A stretch of 64,000 nt of DNA from the NCBI GenBank assembly GCA_009843865.1, contig VYCQ01000024.1, positions 2,638-66,637 on the forward strand, in the 5' to 3' direction. Positions 45,988 through 57,093 of this stretch are shown one piece after another (position 1 is the first letter of the stretch; each line of letters begins with the position of its first letter). The DNA comes from Acidimicrobiia bacterium (GTDB taxonomy: Bacteria > Actinomycetota > Acidimicrobiia > Acidimicrobiales > Bin134). The position numbers were made by a program, and so were the translations under genes. The notes under the pieces are model-generated. The model was not told the origin of the DNA, did no database searches, and was given only the letters and a program-made list of their open reading frames with translations.

Positions 45988-47256
45988 GTGCCTGAGTCCA
46001 TAACGATCATAGATAATCGAACCAATGAATCAGTAGAAATTCCAATTGTCCAAGGTGGTGTGGCTGCCTCGCAATGGAGCGCTCTCTTAGGCAACATCTG
46101 GTTCCTTGACCCCTCCTTTAACACCACAGCAGCAACCACTAGCGCCATAAGCGAGGTAGACGGGGAAAACGGAATCCTACGCTACCGCGGCTACCCCATT
46201 GAACAACTAGCTGAGCACTCCACCTACCTTGAGGTGGCCTACCTGTTGCTACGCGGTGAGCTACCATCGGCCAACGAATATGAAACCTGGGTACACGACA
46301 TCACCCACCACACCTTCATCCACGAACGCTTTCGCAAGCGATTCATGGAGTCATTCCTGCATGATGCCCACCCAATGGGCATGTTCGTGTCCACCATCGC
46401 TGCGCTCTCCACCTTCTATCCAGAGGCCAAAGATATAGAAGACCCCGATAATCGGATGCATCAGATCGTGCGTCTCATTGCCAAGGTGCCTACGGTGGCT
46501 GCGGCTGGTGCTAGGTTCAACTCAGGACTGCCATTTGTTTACCCCGACAACAACTTGGACTTCACGACCAACTTCTTGTCCATGATGTTTAAAATCGCCG
46601 AGCCCACCTACGAATGCCATCCCATCCTAAGCCGCGCATTAGATCTACTGCTCATAACCCATGCAGAACATGGTCAAAACTGCTCTACAAGCGCAGCTCG
46701 AGTGGTGGGCAGCGCCCTCACCAACCCCTATTCAGTGATCGCTGCGGCGGCCTGCGCGCTGTATGGACCCCGCCATGGCGGAGCTAATCAAGCTGTAGTA
46801 GAGATGCTGCACCACATCGGCGGCTACGAAAACATTGACCCGTTCATCAAAGAGGTGAAGAGCGGCAAAACCCGTCTCATGGGCTTCGGCCACAGGGTCT
46901 ACAAGAACTACGACCCTCGAGCCAAAATCATCAAAAAGACCGCTCACGAGGTGTTTGAGGTGACCGGCTCCAACCCACTGCTAGACATAGCCCTGAAACT
47001 CGAAGAAGTAGCCCTTGACGACAACTACTTTGCCGAACGCAGGCTCTACCCCAACGTAGACTTCTACTCGGGGCTGATCTACCAGTCCATGGGCTTTCCT
47101 CCCGATATGTTCACGGTATTGTTTGCCATCGCCCGCACTGCTGGCTGGCTAGCCCACTGGGTGGAACTCCTTGAACAAGGCAGCCGCATTGCCCGCCCCC
47201 GTCAGGTCTACACCGGCTCAGCAACACGCGACTACGTCCCTATCGCCAATCGCTGA
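45988..47256 (+). CDS. gltA: citrate synthase
   Basis: LRYRGYPIEQL, HAEHGQNCST, and GFGHRVYKNYDPRA. GUG start with an AAGGAG SD. Confidence 0.95.
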   Translation: MPESITIIDNRTNESVEIPIVQGGVAASQWSALLGNIWFLDPSFNTTAATTSAISEVDGENGILRYRGYPIEQLAEHSTYLEVAYLLLRGELPSANEYETWVHDITHHTFIHERFRKRFMESFLHDAHPMGMFVSTIAALSTFYPEAKDIEDPDNRMHQIVRLIAKVPTVAAAGARFNSGLPFVYPDNNLDFTTNFLSMMFKIAEPTYECHPILSRALDLLLITHAEHGQNCSTSAARVVGSALTNPYSVIAAAACALYGPRHGGANQAVVEMLHHIGGYENIDPFIKEVKSGKTRLMGFGHRVYKNYDPRAKIIKKTAHEVFEVTGSNPLLDIALKLEEVALDDNYFAERRLYPNVDFYSGLIYQSMGFPPDMFTVLFAIARTAGWLAHWVELLEQGSRIARPRQVYTGSATRDYVPIANR

Positions 47257-47319
47257 ACCTAACGAAATTGCTACTTGAAAAAGCACTATAAAACACAGTG
47301 TTGACAGCAACGTCATCGG

Positions 47320-48015
47320 TCACCGTGAGCTGCTAACCCCATGACGCAAGGCTGTGAGTAAGGCCGCAGCAGTGATAGCAGCGGTCTCAGAACGCAAAAC
47401 CGAATCACCCAAACAGACAGTAGGCGCTTGTGTGCATTCCTCAGCAGACCAACCTCCCTCAGGGCCAACTAATATTGTGGGATGCTGTAGCGATATCGGA
47501 ACACCAGTGATATGAGCTAGAGCAGTGCCCTCTTGAGAAACTAAACACCTAAAATCAGCCACCTCACCAATCTCGGGGAGGCGCACTTGTCGGCTCTGCA
47601 TAGCCGACTCTCGAGCTACACGACGCAGCCGCTCAATATGACGAGCTGACCGCTCAATATCCCAGCGCACCACGCTACGCTCAGCCACAAAAGGCACGAT
47701 GGCATCCACCCCCAACTCAGTGACCTTTTGGGTAATAAGTTCGGGCCGCCCACCCTTGATTAAGGCATAACCAACGGTCAGCTTCGGTAAAACGGGTACC
47801 ACAAAAACCACCTCCCCATCCGGTTCACAGGCAGTGTCGGCACTTCTGCCCAACCGACAAACCCGCCAAGACCCCCGCCCATCACAAGCGGTAAAGGCAT
47901 CGCCGGGGCGTAGCCGCAGCGAACGAGTTAGATGAGCATGATCTTGTGCGTAGAGTTGGATGCACTCTAAGTCGTCTACAAATACGTGAGGGCCGTCACT
48001 TCCGTTTGGCTTCAC
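47320..48015 (-). CDS. rsmE: 16S rRNA (uracil1498-N3)-methyltransferase
   Basis: PUA-like N-domain (HVFV...[10 protein letters not shown]) and a SPOUT C-domain ([11 protein letters not shown]). The maximal ORF reaches 48066 inside dnaJ, so I chose GTG 48015. The start remains uncertain. Confidence 0.82.
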   Translation of the reverse strand: MKPNGSDGPHVFVDDLECIQLYAQDHAHLTRSLRLRPGDAFTACDGRGSWRVCRLGRSADTACEPDGEVVFVVPVLPKLTVGYALIKGGRPELITQKVTELGVDAIVPFVAERSVVRWDIERSARHIERLRRVARESAMQSRQVRLPEIGEVADFRCLVSQEGTALAHITGVPISLQHPTILVGPEGGWSAEECTQAPTVCLGDSVLRSETAAITAAALLTALRHGVSSSR

Positions 48016-49144
48016 GATGCTGCTTCCGCCGGGCCTGACGGCGACGCTTCTGAGTGATGGTAGCAACCTCTTCGCCTCGTATCTCGGCTAGCTGATGAAA
48101 CAAGTCTATTTCTTCGTTGCTAAGCCCAGTTGGAGTCTCCACAACGGCTTGAACCAGCAGGTCGCCACGACCACGCCCATGTAAGCGTGGCACCCCGTGA
48201 CCCTTGAGTCGAAACAGATGACCGTTTTGTGTACCAGCTAGCACTTCCAGATTTTCGGTACCATCCAAGGTTTCGTACTTCATGTTTAAACCCAGAGCAG
48301 CTTGAATCATGGTGAGGCGCACCTCACCGAGCAGGTCATCGCCATCTCGTTCAAAGCGAGGATGAGACTGCACCTCAATGTGGGCATACAAATCTCCGGA
48401 AGGTCCACCTCGTGGCCCTGCCGCACCCCGACCAGCAACCCGCAGTGTAGAACCATGGTCTACCCCGGCGGGCACGGTTACCGTATAAAGCCGCTCAGCC
48501 ACAATACGACCATCACCACGACAATTCCGGCATGGGTCGGCAATCACCTCACCCGAACCCGCGCAAGCATCACACACAGTACGAGTGACCATCTGACCAA
48601 GTATGGACTGACGTACCCGTTGCACTTGACCAATGCCGCCGCAAGTAGAGCAAGTAACCGGTGCAGTGCCCGCAGCAGCCCCGCGACCTTCGCACACCTC
48701 GCATACCACTGCGGTGCGCACGTTCACCTCCGCATCGACTCCTAACACAGCATCCACAAAGTCCAAGGTAAGCACTGCCTCTATATCAGCTCCTCTTTGA
48801 GGACCTTTTCTAGTCCTACCCGAATCGCCAAAGGGGCCATCTCCGAACGGGTTGCTGCTACCAAAAAAGGCATCGAAAATATCGCCTAAGTTCATGCCCG
48901 CAAAGGGATCGCCGCCGCTAGCAGTGCCCGGAGCACTGCCAAATCGATCGTAATGAGCCCGCTTTTGAGGATCGCTCAAGGTCTCATACGCCAAGGCGAT
49001 TTCCTTAAAACGAGCTTCGGCCTCGGTGTTGTCAGGGTTAGCATCGGGATGGTATTGACGGGCCAACTTACGAAACGCCTTCTTGAGGTCGTCTTCGCTG
49101 GCATTGCGGCTTACGCCCAACAACTCATAAAAATCTGTGGCCAT
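47996..49144 (-). CDS. dnaJ: molecular chaperone DnaJ
   Basis: J-domain (DFYELLGV...HPD), G/F region, and four CxxCxGxG zinc motifs. Confidence 0.95.
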   Translation of the reverse strand: MATDFYELLGVSRNASEDDLKKAFRKLARQYHPDANPDNTEAEARFKEIALAYETLSDPQKRAHYDRFGSAPGTASGGDPFAGMNLGDIFDAFFGSSNPFGDGPFGDSGRTRKGPQRGADIEAVLTLDFVDAVLGVDAEVNVRTAVVCEVCEGRGAAAGTAPVTCSTCGGIGQVQRVRQSILGQMVTRTVCDACAGSGEVIADPCRNCRGDGRIVAERLYTVTVPAGVDHGSTLRVAGRGAAGPRGGPSGDLYAHIEVQSHPRFERDGDDLLGEVRLTMIQAALGLNMKYETLDGTENLEVLAGTQNGHLFRLKGHGVPRLHGRGRGDLLVQAVVETPTGLSNEEIDLFHQLAEIRGEEVATITQKRRRQARRKQHREAKRK

Positions 49145-49164
49145 TAGTTCAGTTCTAACATCAG

Positions 49165-50178
49165 CTAAGCAAACGACAAGCGGTCGCCAAGTTTTTGGCC
49201 TACAACTGCTACCGCAGCTAAGGCTTGGGGATAGTTCATACGGGTGGGACCTAAAACCCCGATAGAGCCTACCGGCTGCCCGTCAACTTCATACGAGGCT
49301 ACTATCAGCGAGCATTCGGCTAAAGGTGCCACTCCGGTTTCTGTGCCGATTGCCACATTGAGGCCCCGATCTAGGATATCTCTCACCAAATTAACAACCA
49401 CCAACTGCTTTTCAAGTATTCCCAGAACCGAGCGAACAGTTTCGGCAGCATCAAACAATCTCGCCACGCTAGCCGTACCACCCACGTAAAGCTGATCTTC
49501 GGCATCTACCAAATCAGCTAGCGAACCTAACACTCGAGATACCAGCGGTGTGATGCGCTTATCTCCTTGACAGTGATGCAAATCGGTCGCAGGACGGCCG
49601 CCCAAAGCATCAGTAAGAATGTCTGCTGCTTGAGCAAGCTCCACAGAATCAAAAGGCTGATCCATTTCAATGGTGCGCTTGTCAACCACGCCGTTGTCAT
49701 ATACCACCAAGGCCAACACCACCCGCTCAGAGAGATCCACCAAACTGACCGATCTGATGTTGGCACTAGAATGATCCGGGGCCACTACAAGAGCCGCATA
49801 TGCGGTAAGGTCGGCCAGCAAAGCACTGGTGTCGGCCAGCATTTGCTCTAGCTCATTTCGAGAGGTGTGAAAGAAATCCTTAATCTGCTGATTTTTGCTG
49901 CGCCCCAGCGTAGCGCTTGCGTCTGTAAGAGAATCCACAAAATGCCGGTAACCCTTTTCGGTAGGTATACGACCTGCACTGGTATGAGGTTGATGCAGGT
50001 AACCTGCTTGCTCTAAAGCCAGCATTTCGTTGCGGACAGTAGCGGGCGATGCCTGCAAGTCCACCGTCTCTGAAACGTAAGTGGAACCCACAGGCTGGTT
50101 GGTGCATATATAGCCCTCCACCACGGCTCGCAGCACTGCGGCTTTGCGGGCTGACAGCATCTCAGCTTGGCTGCTCAT
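49165..50178 (-). CDS. hrcA: heat-inducible transcription repressor HrcA
   Basis: w[28 protein letters not shown] and [29 protein letters not shown]. hrcA-dnaJ operon. Confidence 0.92.
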   Translation of the reverse strand: MSSQAEMLSARKAAVLRAVVEGYICTNQPVGSTYVSETVDLQASPATVRNEMLALEQAGYLHQPHTSAGRIPTEKGYRHFVDSLTDASATLGRSKNQQIKDFFHTSRNELEQMLADTSALLADLTAYAALVVAPDHSSANIRSVSLVDLSERVVLALVVYDNGVVDKRTIEMDQPFDSVELAQAADILTDALGGRPATDLHHCQGDKRITPLVSRVLGSLADLVDAEDQLYVGGTASVARLFDAAETVRSVLGILEKQLVVVNLVRDILDRGLNVAIGTETGVAPLAECSLIVASYEVDGQPVGSIGVLGPTRMNYPQALAAVAVVGQKLGDRLSFA

Positions 50179-50270
50179 TCAATCCCCAATACTAATGGAC
50201 AACGCTAAATAAGCAGGTGCCGGTTTGCTGGTGATAGTTGAGAAATCCTGATTCTGGCTGACTAGCGCAG

Positions 50271-52058
50271 TTAGTCCTCTAAACGCAATGCAGATATAAA
50301 AGCTTCTTGGGGCACATCTACCCTGCCAATAGCCTTCATCTTCTTCTTACCAGCCTTTTGGTTCTCTAACAGCTTACGCTTGCGGGTCACATCCCCCCCC
50401 CCATAAAGTTTGGCAGTGACATCCTTGCGAAAAGCTTTAACCGTTTCGCGGGCAATGATCTTGCCACCGATAGCAGCCTGTATGGGTACATCAAACTGTT
50501 GTCGGGGAATAAGCTCCTTGAGCTTGGTGGTCATACGGCGGCCATAAGCGTAAGCATTGGTACGATGCACAATCGAACTAAAAGCATCCACCGGCTCGTG
50601 CTGCAACAAGATGTCCACCTTGGTTAAGTCGGACACAGCATAACCGTCGGGCTCGTAATCTAAGCTGGCATAACCTTGAGTACGGCTCTTTAGCTGGTCG
50701 AAGAAGTCAACCACTATCTCTGCTAACGGCAGCCGATAACCTAGCTCTACCCGCTCTGGCGAGAGGTATTTCATCTTTGTCATCTCTCCACGGCGAGCCT
50801 GACAGAGTTCCATCAAGGTTCCGGTGTAGCCAGTAGGAGCAATAATGGTGATCGACAGCATGGGCTCACGGATTCCGCTTACCTCACTCGCAGCAGGCAT
50901 AGCCGAGGGATTATCTACTTCCACCTCTTCGCCGTTAGACAATTCCACAAGATAGGCCACCGAAGGAGCGGTAGTGATGAGGCTCACACCAAACTCTCTT
51001 TCAAGACGCTCGCGCACAATTTCCATATGCAATAAACCCAAAAAGCCACAGCGGAACCCAAAACCCAATGCCCCTGAAGATTCCGGCTGATAACTGAAGC
51101 TGGAGTCGCTCACCTGCAAACGTTCCAAAGCATCCCGCAAAGCCGCAAACTCGTCGCCGTCTATGGGATACAGCCCACAAAACACCATGGATTTGGGTTC
51201 TTGATAACCAGCAAGAGGCTCTACTGCACCATTACGGGAAGTGGTGACGGTTTCACCAGAGCGGGCTTCAGCCACGTTTTTCATGCCAGCTACGAGATAG
51301 CCCACCTCGCCGGGACCAAGTTCTGCCACAGGGGTGGGGCGAGGCCGCCACACCCCCACCTCGTCGGCCTCCCGATCACTACGTACCTGCATAAACCTGA
51401 TCTGATCGCCTGCACGCAGCCTGCCGTTCATCACCCGAACAGAGCTAACTACACCACGATATTGATCAAAATGAGAATCGAAGATCAACGCTTGCAATGG
51501 CTCGTCGGAACTACCTTGAGGTATAGGAGTACGCTCTACAACCGCATCTAGCAACTCGGCCACACCGCTGCCGGTTTTAGCACTGACATGCAACACATCA
51601 CTAGCCGAGATGCCCAACACCTGTTCGATCTCTTGTGCGCGACGTTCGGGTTCAGCGGCGGGCAAGTCAATCTTGTTGAGAGCCACCACAACCTCTAGTT
51701 CATTTTCGATAGCAAGGTAACAGTTGGCCAGGGTTTGCGCCTCAATACCCTGAGCGGCATCCACCAACAAAATCACCGACTCACAGGCAGCTAGAGAACG
51801 ACTCACCTCATAGCCAAAGTCCACATGGCCGGGGGTGTCTATAAGGTTGATGGTGTGACCCTTGTAGTCTAAGCGGACGCTTTGAAGCTTGATCGTGATG
51901 CCCCGTTCGCGCTCCAAATCCATGGAATCTAAAAATTGGGCGCGCATCTCTCGGGGATCTACCGCCCCACAAATCTCCAGCATTCGATCGGCCAAGGTGG
52001 ACTTACCGTGGTCAATATGGGCGATTATGGAAGTATTACGAATTTGGGCAGACTGCAT
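50271..52058 (-). CDS. lepA: elongation factor 4 (LepA)
   Basis: [28 protein letters not shown], and the LepA-specific C-terminal domain. Confidence 0.96.
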   Translation of the reverse strand: MQSAQIRNTSIIAHIDHGKSTLADRMLEICGAVDPREMRAQFLDSMDLERERGITIKLQSVRLDYKGHTINLIDTPGHVDFGYEVSRSLAACESVILLVDAAQGIEAQTLANCYLAIENELEVVVALNKIDLPAAEPERRAQEIEQVLGISASDVLHVSAKTGSGVAELLDAVVERTPIPQGSSDEPLQALIFDSHFDQYRGVVSSVRVMNGRLRAGDQIRFMQVRSDREADEVGVWRPRPTPVAELGPGEVGYLVAGMKNVAEARSGETVTTSRNGAVEPLAGYQEPKSMVFCGLYPIDGDEFAALRDALERLQVSDSSFSYQPESSGALGFGFRCGFLGLLHMEIVRERLEREFGVSLITTAPSVAYLVELSNGEEVEVDNPSAMPAASEVSGIREPMLSITIIAPTGYTGTLMELCQARRGEMTKMKYLSPERVELGYRLPLAEIVVDFFDQLKSRTQGYASLDYEPDGYAVSDLTKVDILLQHEPVDAFSSIVHRTNAYAYGRRMTTKLKELIPRQQFDVPIQAAIGGKIIARETVKAFRKDVTAKLYGGGDVTRKRKLLENQKAGKKKMKAIGRVDVPQEAFISALRLED

Positions 52059-52142
52059 GGAACTCTAGAAACACTACCTGTCATCTCTAAGGTACTGGCT
52101 TAGGTGGTTAATGAGATTATGAGGCGCTAAGATTATTTTTCT

Positions 52143-52409
52143 GTGGCAAACATCAAAAGCCAAATAAAGCGCAACCGCCAAAACGAAAAACGCAGGATCC
52201 GAAACCGTGCTGTACGTTCGGAGATCAACACCCGCACTCGCAGTGCTATCCAAGCCGCCAACGAAGCCAATGCCGAAGAAGCTGCCGAAGCGGCTCGACT
52301 AGCTATCAAGCGCATTGATAAAGCTGCCAATACTGGTGTGCTGCATCGCAACACAGCAGCTCGCAAAAAATCTCGTTTGATGAAACGGCTAGCGGTTCAT
52401 CTGGGCTAG
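52143..52409 (+). CDS. rpsT: 30S ribosomal protein S20
   Basis: MANIKSQIKRNRQNEKRR..., 88 aa, GUG start. Confidence 0.93.
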   Translation: MANIKSQIKRNRQNEKRRIRNRAVRSEINTRTRSAIQAANEANAEEAAEAARLAIKRIDKAANTGVLHRNTAARKKSRLMKRLAVHLG

Positions 52410-53402
52410 ACGAGCTACCAAAACCTCTAGCACCACTGCTGGGGGTAAAGCACTAGCCCCCCGCAAATCTAGATCTGCTTGAGCCAGCAGATCTATCGAC
52501 CGAGCAACCCGCTTGGAACCTAACTTGCGGGCTTGCCGCAATGCTTTTTTAGCAGGAAAGGTTGACCCTTTAAGTCCCAGCAACTCTGCCGCCTCAGTTT
52601 CTCCAGACACCTCAGCCCCATCTAAGCGCAACAACCTGCTGAAATGATTATAAAGGATGGCTAGTACCTGCATCTCGTGACGACCACCAGCATTCAACAT
52701 GCGTTCTAACTTTGCTAAAGCATCGGCGATCTGACCAGATTCGATAGCATCAGTTAGCTCCCAAGGAGGCACCGACCCTCCTTGACCAATGAAGGGAGCT
52801 ACATCGTCAACCTCTAAAGGGCGCTCGCTGCCCAAAGCTGCCGATAGTGTAACCAACAGCGCAGGCAAGCGGCTCAAATCTTCGCCTAGGTGTTCAGCTA
52901 ACAAGCGCTTAGCTCCTGCCCGCAAACGTAGCCCAGCAGCGTTGATCTGCTCGTCCATCCATTGGTAGCTACCGTCACGGCCCCGCGGAATGCCAGCACT
53001 TATGATCTGCCCGCCAGCTTCGGTTACGGCATCTTTAAGCTGACGAGGCAGCGGGTTCAACTTTTGCAGAGCAGGGCCCTTTTCCCACACCAAAACTAAA
53101 TCGGTGCTTTCAAGCTGATCGTCTAGATAACGCAATAAAGGATTTAGGGTATCTGTATTGGAAAAACGCCCTATCTCGCGCCCCACCACCACGCGACGAG
53201 AAGTAAGAAATGGCGGGGTCTGAGCAGCATCCACCAACGGAGATATCTCGTACTCCTCACCTACCAAATAAGCCACCTCGCTAAGTTCTGCCACCATAAG
53301 CGCACGGTCGCCCTCACCCACCAACTGGCTCACCCGCTCTCGCAGAGCGTTGGCCAACAGCACTTCGTCACCCCCATGAAACAACACTACGGTGGCGCTC
53401 AT
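52389..53402 (-). CDS. holA: DNA polymerase III subunit delta
   Basis: Size, the conserved comEC-holA / rpsT synteny, and delta-like N-terminal (VVLFHGGDEVLL) and C-terminal helical domains. Confidence 0.78.
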   Translation of the reverse strand: MSATVVLFHGGDEVLLANALRERVSQLVGEGDRALMVAELSEVAYLVGEEYEISPLVDAAQTPPFLTSRRVVVGREIGRFSNTDTLNPLLRYLDDQLESTDLVLVWEKGPALQKLNPLPRQLKDAVTEAGGQIISAGIPRGRDGSYQWMDEQINAAGLRLRAGAKRLLAEHLGEDLSRLPALLVTLSAALGSERPLEVDDVAPFIGQGGSVPPWELTDAIESGQIADALAKLERMLNAGGRHEMQVLAILYNHFSRLLRLDGAEVSGETEAAELLGLKGSTFPAKKALRQARKLGSKRVARSIDLLAQADLDLRGASALPPAVVLEVLVARLAQMNR

Positions 53403-54322
53403 GTAGGGAGCACCTGAGGTGGTGACAGCAAAGCTTGCGGTGCCAACGACGTTGATCCTGATGCTTGGCGTTGAAGTATTTCGCTCATGAAATCGGCTAC
53501 TCGGCGAGTGCCTACCACGTCATGCGCCCGCAAGATACGACACCCCAAACCTATACCCAAAGCATGCGCGGCTAGGGTGATCTCACGACGATTATCCACC
53601 GCTTCATTGCTAAGAAATCCCAAAAAGCCTTTGTTAGAAACCGATAAGAACACAGGATAACCCAAAGCCACCAGCTCATCGGCTCGCCGCAACAACTCCA
53701 CAGACATCTCAGGAGTTTTGCCCAAATCGTGTCCAGCATCGATCATCACCCGTTGTGGAGGGATACCAGCATCAATCGCCCATTGGGCTCGCTGCTGAAG
53801 AAAGCAGCTCACATCGCCCACGAGATCGTCGTATACCGGCTTGGGATCGTCAATTCGTGGAGCCAACCGTACATGACACGCCACCACGGAAGCTCCTGCT
53901 TTAGCCGCCTCGCTAAGATAGTTAGGGTCGGCAAAACCACTGATGTCATTACCTACTACCGCGCCTGCCGCGTAACTTTCGCGTGCTACTGAAGCCCGCC
54001 AGGTGTCAACAGACAAAGGCAAATCAAAACGCTGTCGTAGCGCTTGAATAGCAGGCACCACCCGGTCCATTTCTGCAGCTTCGGTTACCTCCAGTCCAGG
54101 CCCCGCCTTTACGCCGCCAACATCTAAGAAATCGGCACCCTCATCAACTAATTGACTAGCTTTAACCAAAAAATCGTCAAAGTCCCAATACTGGCCAGCA
54201 TCAAAAAAAGAATCAGGGGTACGGTTTAAGATGCCCATCACTAAGGCTCGGGTGGTCACGTCGTAGCGGTGTGAGCCTAGCTCCACAATCATCACGGAGA
54301 CGCTACACCCATCAGACGACAC
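53399..54322 (-). CDS. folP: dihydropteroate synthase family protein
   Basis: Pterin-binding domain with GILNRTPDSFFDAG, DVGGVKAGPG, SVDT and DAGHDLGK. Confidence 0.82.
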   Translation of the reverse strand: MSSDGCSVSVMIVELGSHRYDVTTRALVMGILNRTPDSFFDAGQYWDFDDFLVKASQLVDEGADFLDVGGVKAGPGLEVTEAAEMDRVVPAIQALRQRFDLPLSVDTWRASVARESYAAGAVVGNDISGFADPNYLSEAAKAGASVVACHVRLAPRIDDPKPVYDDLVGDVSCFLQQRAQWAIDAGIPPQRVMIDAGHDLGKTPEMSVELLRRADELVALGYPVFLSVSNKGFLGFLSNEAVDNRREITLAAHALGIGLGCRILRAHDVVGTRRVADFMSEILQRQASGSTSLAPQALLSPPQVLPT

Positions 54323-54405
54323 AACTAACGCCCTGCGTTGATTGCATCTGTGAATTACTTACGGTCGAGGGCCATCCTATTTGTGATGTCTGCTCCTACT
54401 CAAAC

Positions 54406-56184
54406 TTATAGGGCACCCAATATAGACGCCATAACGACTTGCAGTTCAAGGTGAGGGTCGTGCGACGTGATTTCTACTTGCAAAGAACCAACTTGGATGC
54501 GCTGATTAACTAAGACCGCGATGGCTCCACCGATTTTATGTCCCGGTGGAGCTATCACAGCACCAACCCGCATTCGCTCTTTAAGGGCCAGTACCTGATC
54601 GCGTTGTGCTCTGTTGCCTCTGTCGGCTATCGCTAGATCAACTTTCTGCACTCCTGCGCGTCGCAGATCTTGTAAGAGCCTCTCAGTGGAACGATTAGGC
54701 CCAAGCAACACCAAGGTAAGATCGTGATGTCGCCACACCTCCACCGCGGAATCCAACACAGCATGTAAGGGCGGGTCTACCACCCTAAGAGCCACTGCGG
54801 GTAAAAGCAGCACTGTAACTAGACCAACTGCTGCGGTAGCTCGCAACCACCGTTGGCGAGCTACCCACCAAACAACCACACCCGCAACCACCCCTACTAA
54901 GTGAGGGGAGCTTAGCTCACCAAAACGCACGGTGGCTGCCCAATCAGCAACACCGCTAATCCAGCCGATAGCAATGCCCGTGGGCCAATGGATTACCTGC
55001 GCCACAGGTTCGCCTAAGACCCCGGCCAACACTCCAGCCGACAGGCTCCACATCATGATCGGCCCCGCCACCGGTGCCGCGAGCAGATTAGCTGGCAAAG
55101 AAGCCACCGGCACCCCACCAAATGTGGTGATGAGCAGCGGAGAAACAGCTAGCTGAGCCGCAACAGTAACGGCCATAGCCTCACGTAACAGACGGGGGCC
55201 GCGCAACCGCTCAACCAGTAGGGGGGACCACAAGATGATACCCGCCGAGGCTGCTACTGAGAGACGAAAAGCTACAGAATGAACCAACAAAGGATCTACC
55301 AACACCAACAAGGTCACAGCCAAAGCCAACACACGACGACTCGAAACCTCGCGTCCCAACAAGGTAGCCGTAGCTGCTATAGCTGCCATCACTGTGGCCC
55401 GCAACACTGATGGTTCAAAGCGGGTGACCAGAGCAAAAAAGGCGATAACCCCCAAGGTGAGCACCCAGCGGCCCCGATAATCAAAACGCTCAATGAACGG
55501 GCGAGCCAAGATCAACACAAACGCCACATTCTGACCCGACACGGCCAGTAAGTGGGTGAGGCCAGCAGCCCGAAAATCATCCGACACGACTGGAGATTGA
55601 TAGCGATCATCGCCGTAAGAAAAGCCGGTGAAAAGGCTGTGTCGATCAGAGTCCAAAGACAACGCTCCCCGCGAAATGGTGTGACGCAACCAGTTCGCCA
55701 AGCGAAAAGGCAGCGAACCGCTGCTTTGATAAGAGATTTCCTGGATGCTCATGCGATTAGCCACATGGCGTGCGGCTTGATAGCGAGGCACAGGCTCCAT
55801 GGGGCGAACGCTGGCAACCACATACAAACGGTGACCAGCCAAGCTTTGAACTAGTTGGCGAGATAAGGCACCGTAGGCCCATGCCTCATAGCGTCGCCCG
55901 CCGGCTCGCAGCAAAACTCTTGTGCCGTTGCCTAACGGAACCGGATCCGAAACCAGAGTCACCTCACCTGTAAACACAGCAGGCTCAAGCGGATCCAAAC
56001 CCGCCCAGGCTTTAGCTCCTAGCGCTGAGCTGAGCAGCAAAACCGCTACTACCAACAGCCATGGCCAACGCATTGCGAGTGCCAACCCCACTAACAGCAC
56101 CCCAAACACTAAAGGAACGGCAGCTGACCACCAAGCACCTATCAGGGCTGCACAAGCTAGCAGCACAACCTGGCGGTCGGTCAT
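54406..56184 (-). CDS. comEC: ComEC/Rec2 family membrane channel protein
   Basis: N-terminal DUF4131-like OB region and the polytopic competence domain (GLTHLLAVSGQNVA). The short C-terminal region has no visible HxHxDH motif. Confidence 0.85.
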   Translation of the reverse strand: MTDRQVVLLACAALIGAWWSAAVPLVFGVLLVGLALAMRWPWLLVVAVLLLSSALGAKAWAGLDPLEPAVFTGEVTLVSDPVPLGNGTRVLLRAGGRRYEAWAYGALSRQLVQSLAGHRLYVVASVRPMEPVPRYQAARHVANRMSIQEISYQSSGSLPFRLANWLRHTISRGALSLDSDRHSLFTGFSYGDDRYQSPVVSDDFRAAGLTHLLAVSGQNVAFVLILARPFIERFDYRGRWVLTLGVIAFFALVTRFEPSVLRATVMAAIAATATLLGREVSSRRVLALAVTLLVLVDPLLVHSVAFRLSVAASAGIILWSPLLVERLRGPRLLREAMAVTVAAQLAVSPLLITTFGGVPVASLPANLLAAPVAGPIMMWSLSAGVLAGVLGEPVAQVIHWPTGIAIGWISGVADWAATVRFGELSSPHLVGVVAGVVVWWVARQRWLRATAAVGLVTVLLLPAVALRVVDPPLHAVLDSAVEVWRHHDLTLVLLGPNRSTERLLQDLRRAGVQKVDLAIADRGNRAQRDQVLALKERMRVGAVIAPPGHKIGGAIAVLVNQRIQVGSLQVEITSHDPHLELQVVMASILGAL

Positions 56185-56257
56185 AAAGCTTCAGGCACGA
56201 TCATGGCCTGACTAAAACCAGAGCGTCATCAAGAGCCTTGCGCCCAAGCTGCCGGGC

Positions 56258-56941
56258 TCACACGGTGACCAAATCTCTGATCTGCGCAAGCTTGCTGGGC
56301 CCAATACCTGACACGGCCAGCAACCCATCCACTGTGCTAAACCCGCCAACACGGTCACGGTGCTTCACGATGGCGCTGGCGATAGCTGGCCCCACCCCCG
56401 GTAAAGACTGCAACTGCTCAGACGTGGCAGAGTTAATATTAAGCGGACCAGAACGATCAAACGAGCTGCCTGAACCACCTCCGATACCTCCAACAGGCAT
56501 CGGAATCACCTTTTGACCAATACGTGGCACGTAAATCCACTGACCATCAAAAAGCACATCGGCCAAATTCACCCTGTCGACATCAGCATCGCTGGTTAAC
56601 CCACCTGCTGCCTGCACTAAATCCACCACCCGGCCAGACCCCTGCAACTTGTAGACACCAGGCAACTTCACCGCCCCAGCTACATGAACTAAAATCAGGA
56701 CAGGTTCTGACTGCACAAAGGAACGCTCGGCCAACGGGGTGGCTTGGGGAATAAGCATCTCTACAGGAGGCAGATCATCTACGCCCCACATGCGGTAAAT
56801 CAAAATCCCAACAACCAAAACCAACCCAATAACGACTATGGCTAGACGCGGACCGGTTAACAAATGTCGGTAGTCATCCCAAAGCTCGCGGCATCGTTCA
56901 GCCGCTGTCAATCGAACAGATGGTTGGGGCTTATCTTCCAT
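56258..56941 (-). CDS. comEA: ComEA family DNA-binding protein
   Basis: N-terminal TM helix, SLBB-like middle region, and C-terminal tandem helix-hairpin-helix (NINSATSEQLQSLPGVGPAIASAIV...VSGIGPSKL). Confidence 0.85.
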   Translation of the reverse strand: MEDKPQPSVRLTAAERCRELWDDYRHLLTGPRLAIVVIGLVLVVGILIYRMWGVDDLPPVEMLIPQATPLAERSFVQSEPVLILVHVAGAVKLPGVYKLQGSGRVVDLVQAAGGLTSDADVDRVNLADVLFDGQWIYVPRIGQKVIPMPVGGIGGGSGSSFDRSGPLNINSATSEQLQSLPGVGPAIASAIVKHRDRVGGFSTVDGLLAVSGIGPSKLAQIRDLVTV

Positions 56942-57093
56942 GGCCGCTTAAAGCGCAAAACGCAGCACTAACCACGGGGGAAGCGACTTTAGGCTAACAC
57001 TCCAAACGTTGAAACCCCACCTAAGCAGCGCTCTTCAGTCGATAGAAATATCACCACCATTGCAATGTAAAGCGCTGAATCCAAAACACACCA

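Noticed and set aside
47996-48066. Apparent 71-nt overlap between dnaJ and rsmE
   Set aside because: It is most likely an artefact of taking the longest ORF. An internal GTG (48015) gives a conventional short overlap and a typical RsmE N-terminus.
50179-50270. Expected CIRCE element (TTAGCACTC-N9-GAGTGCTAA) upstream of hrcA
   Set aside because: Nothing resembling the CIRCE inverted repeat was found upstream of hrcA or in the hrcA-dnaJ spacer. CIRCE may sit only at groES/groEL elsewhere.
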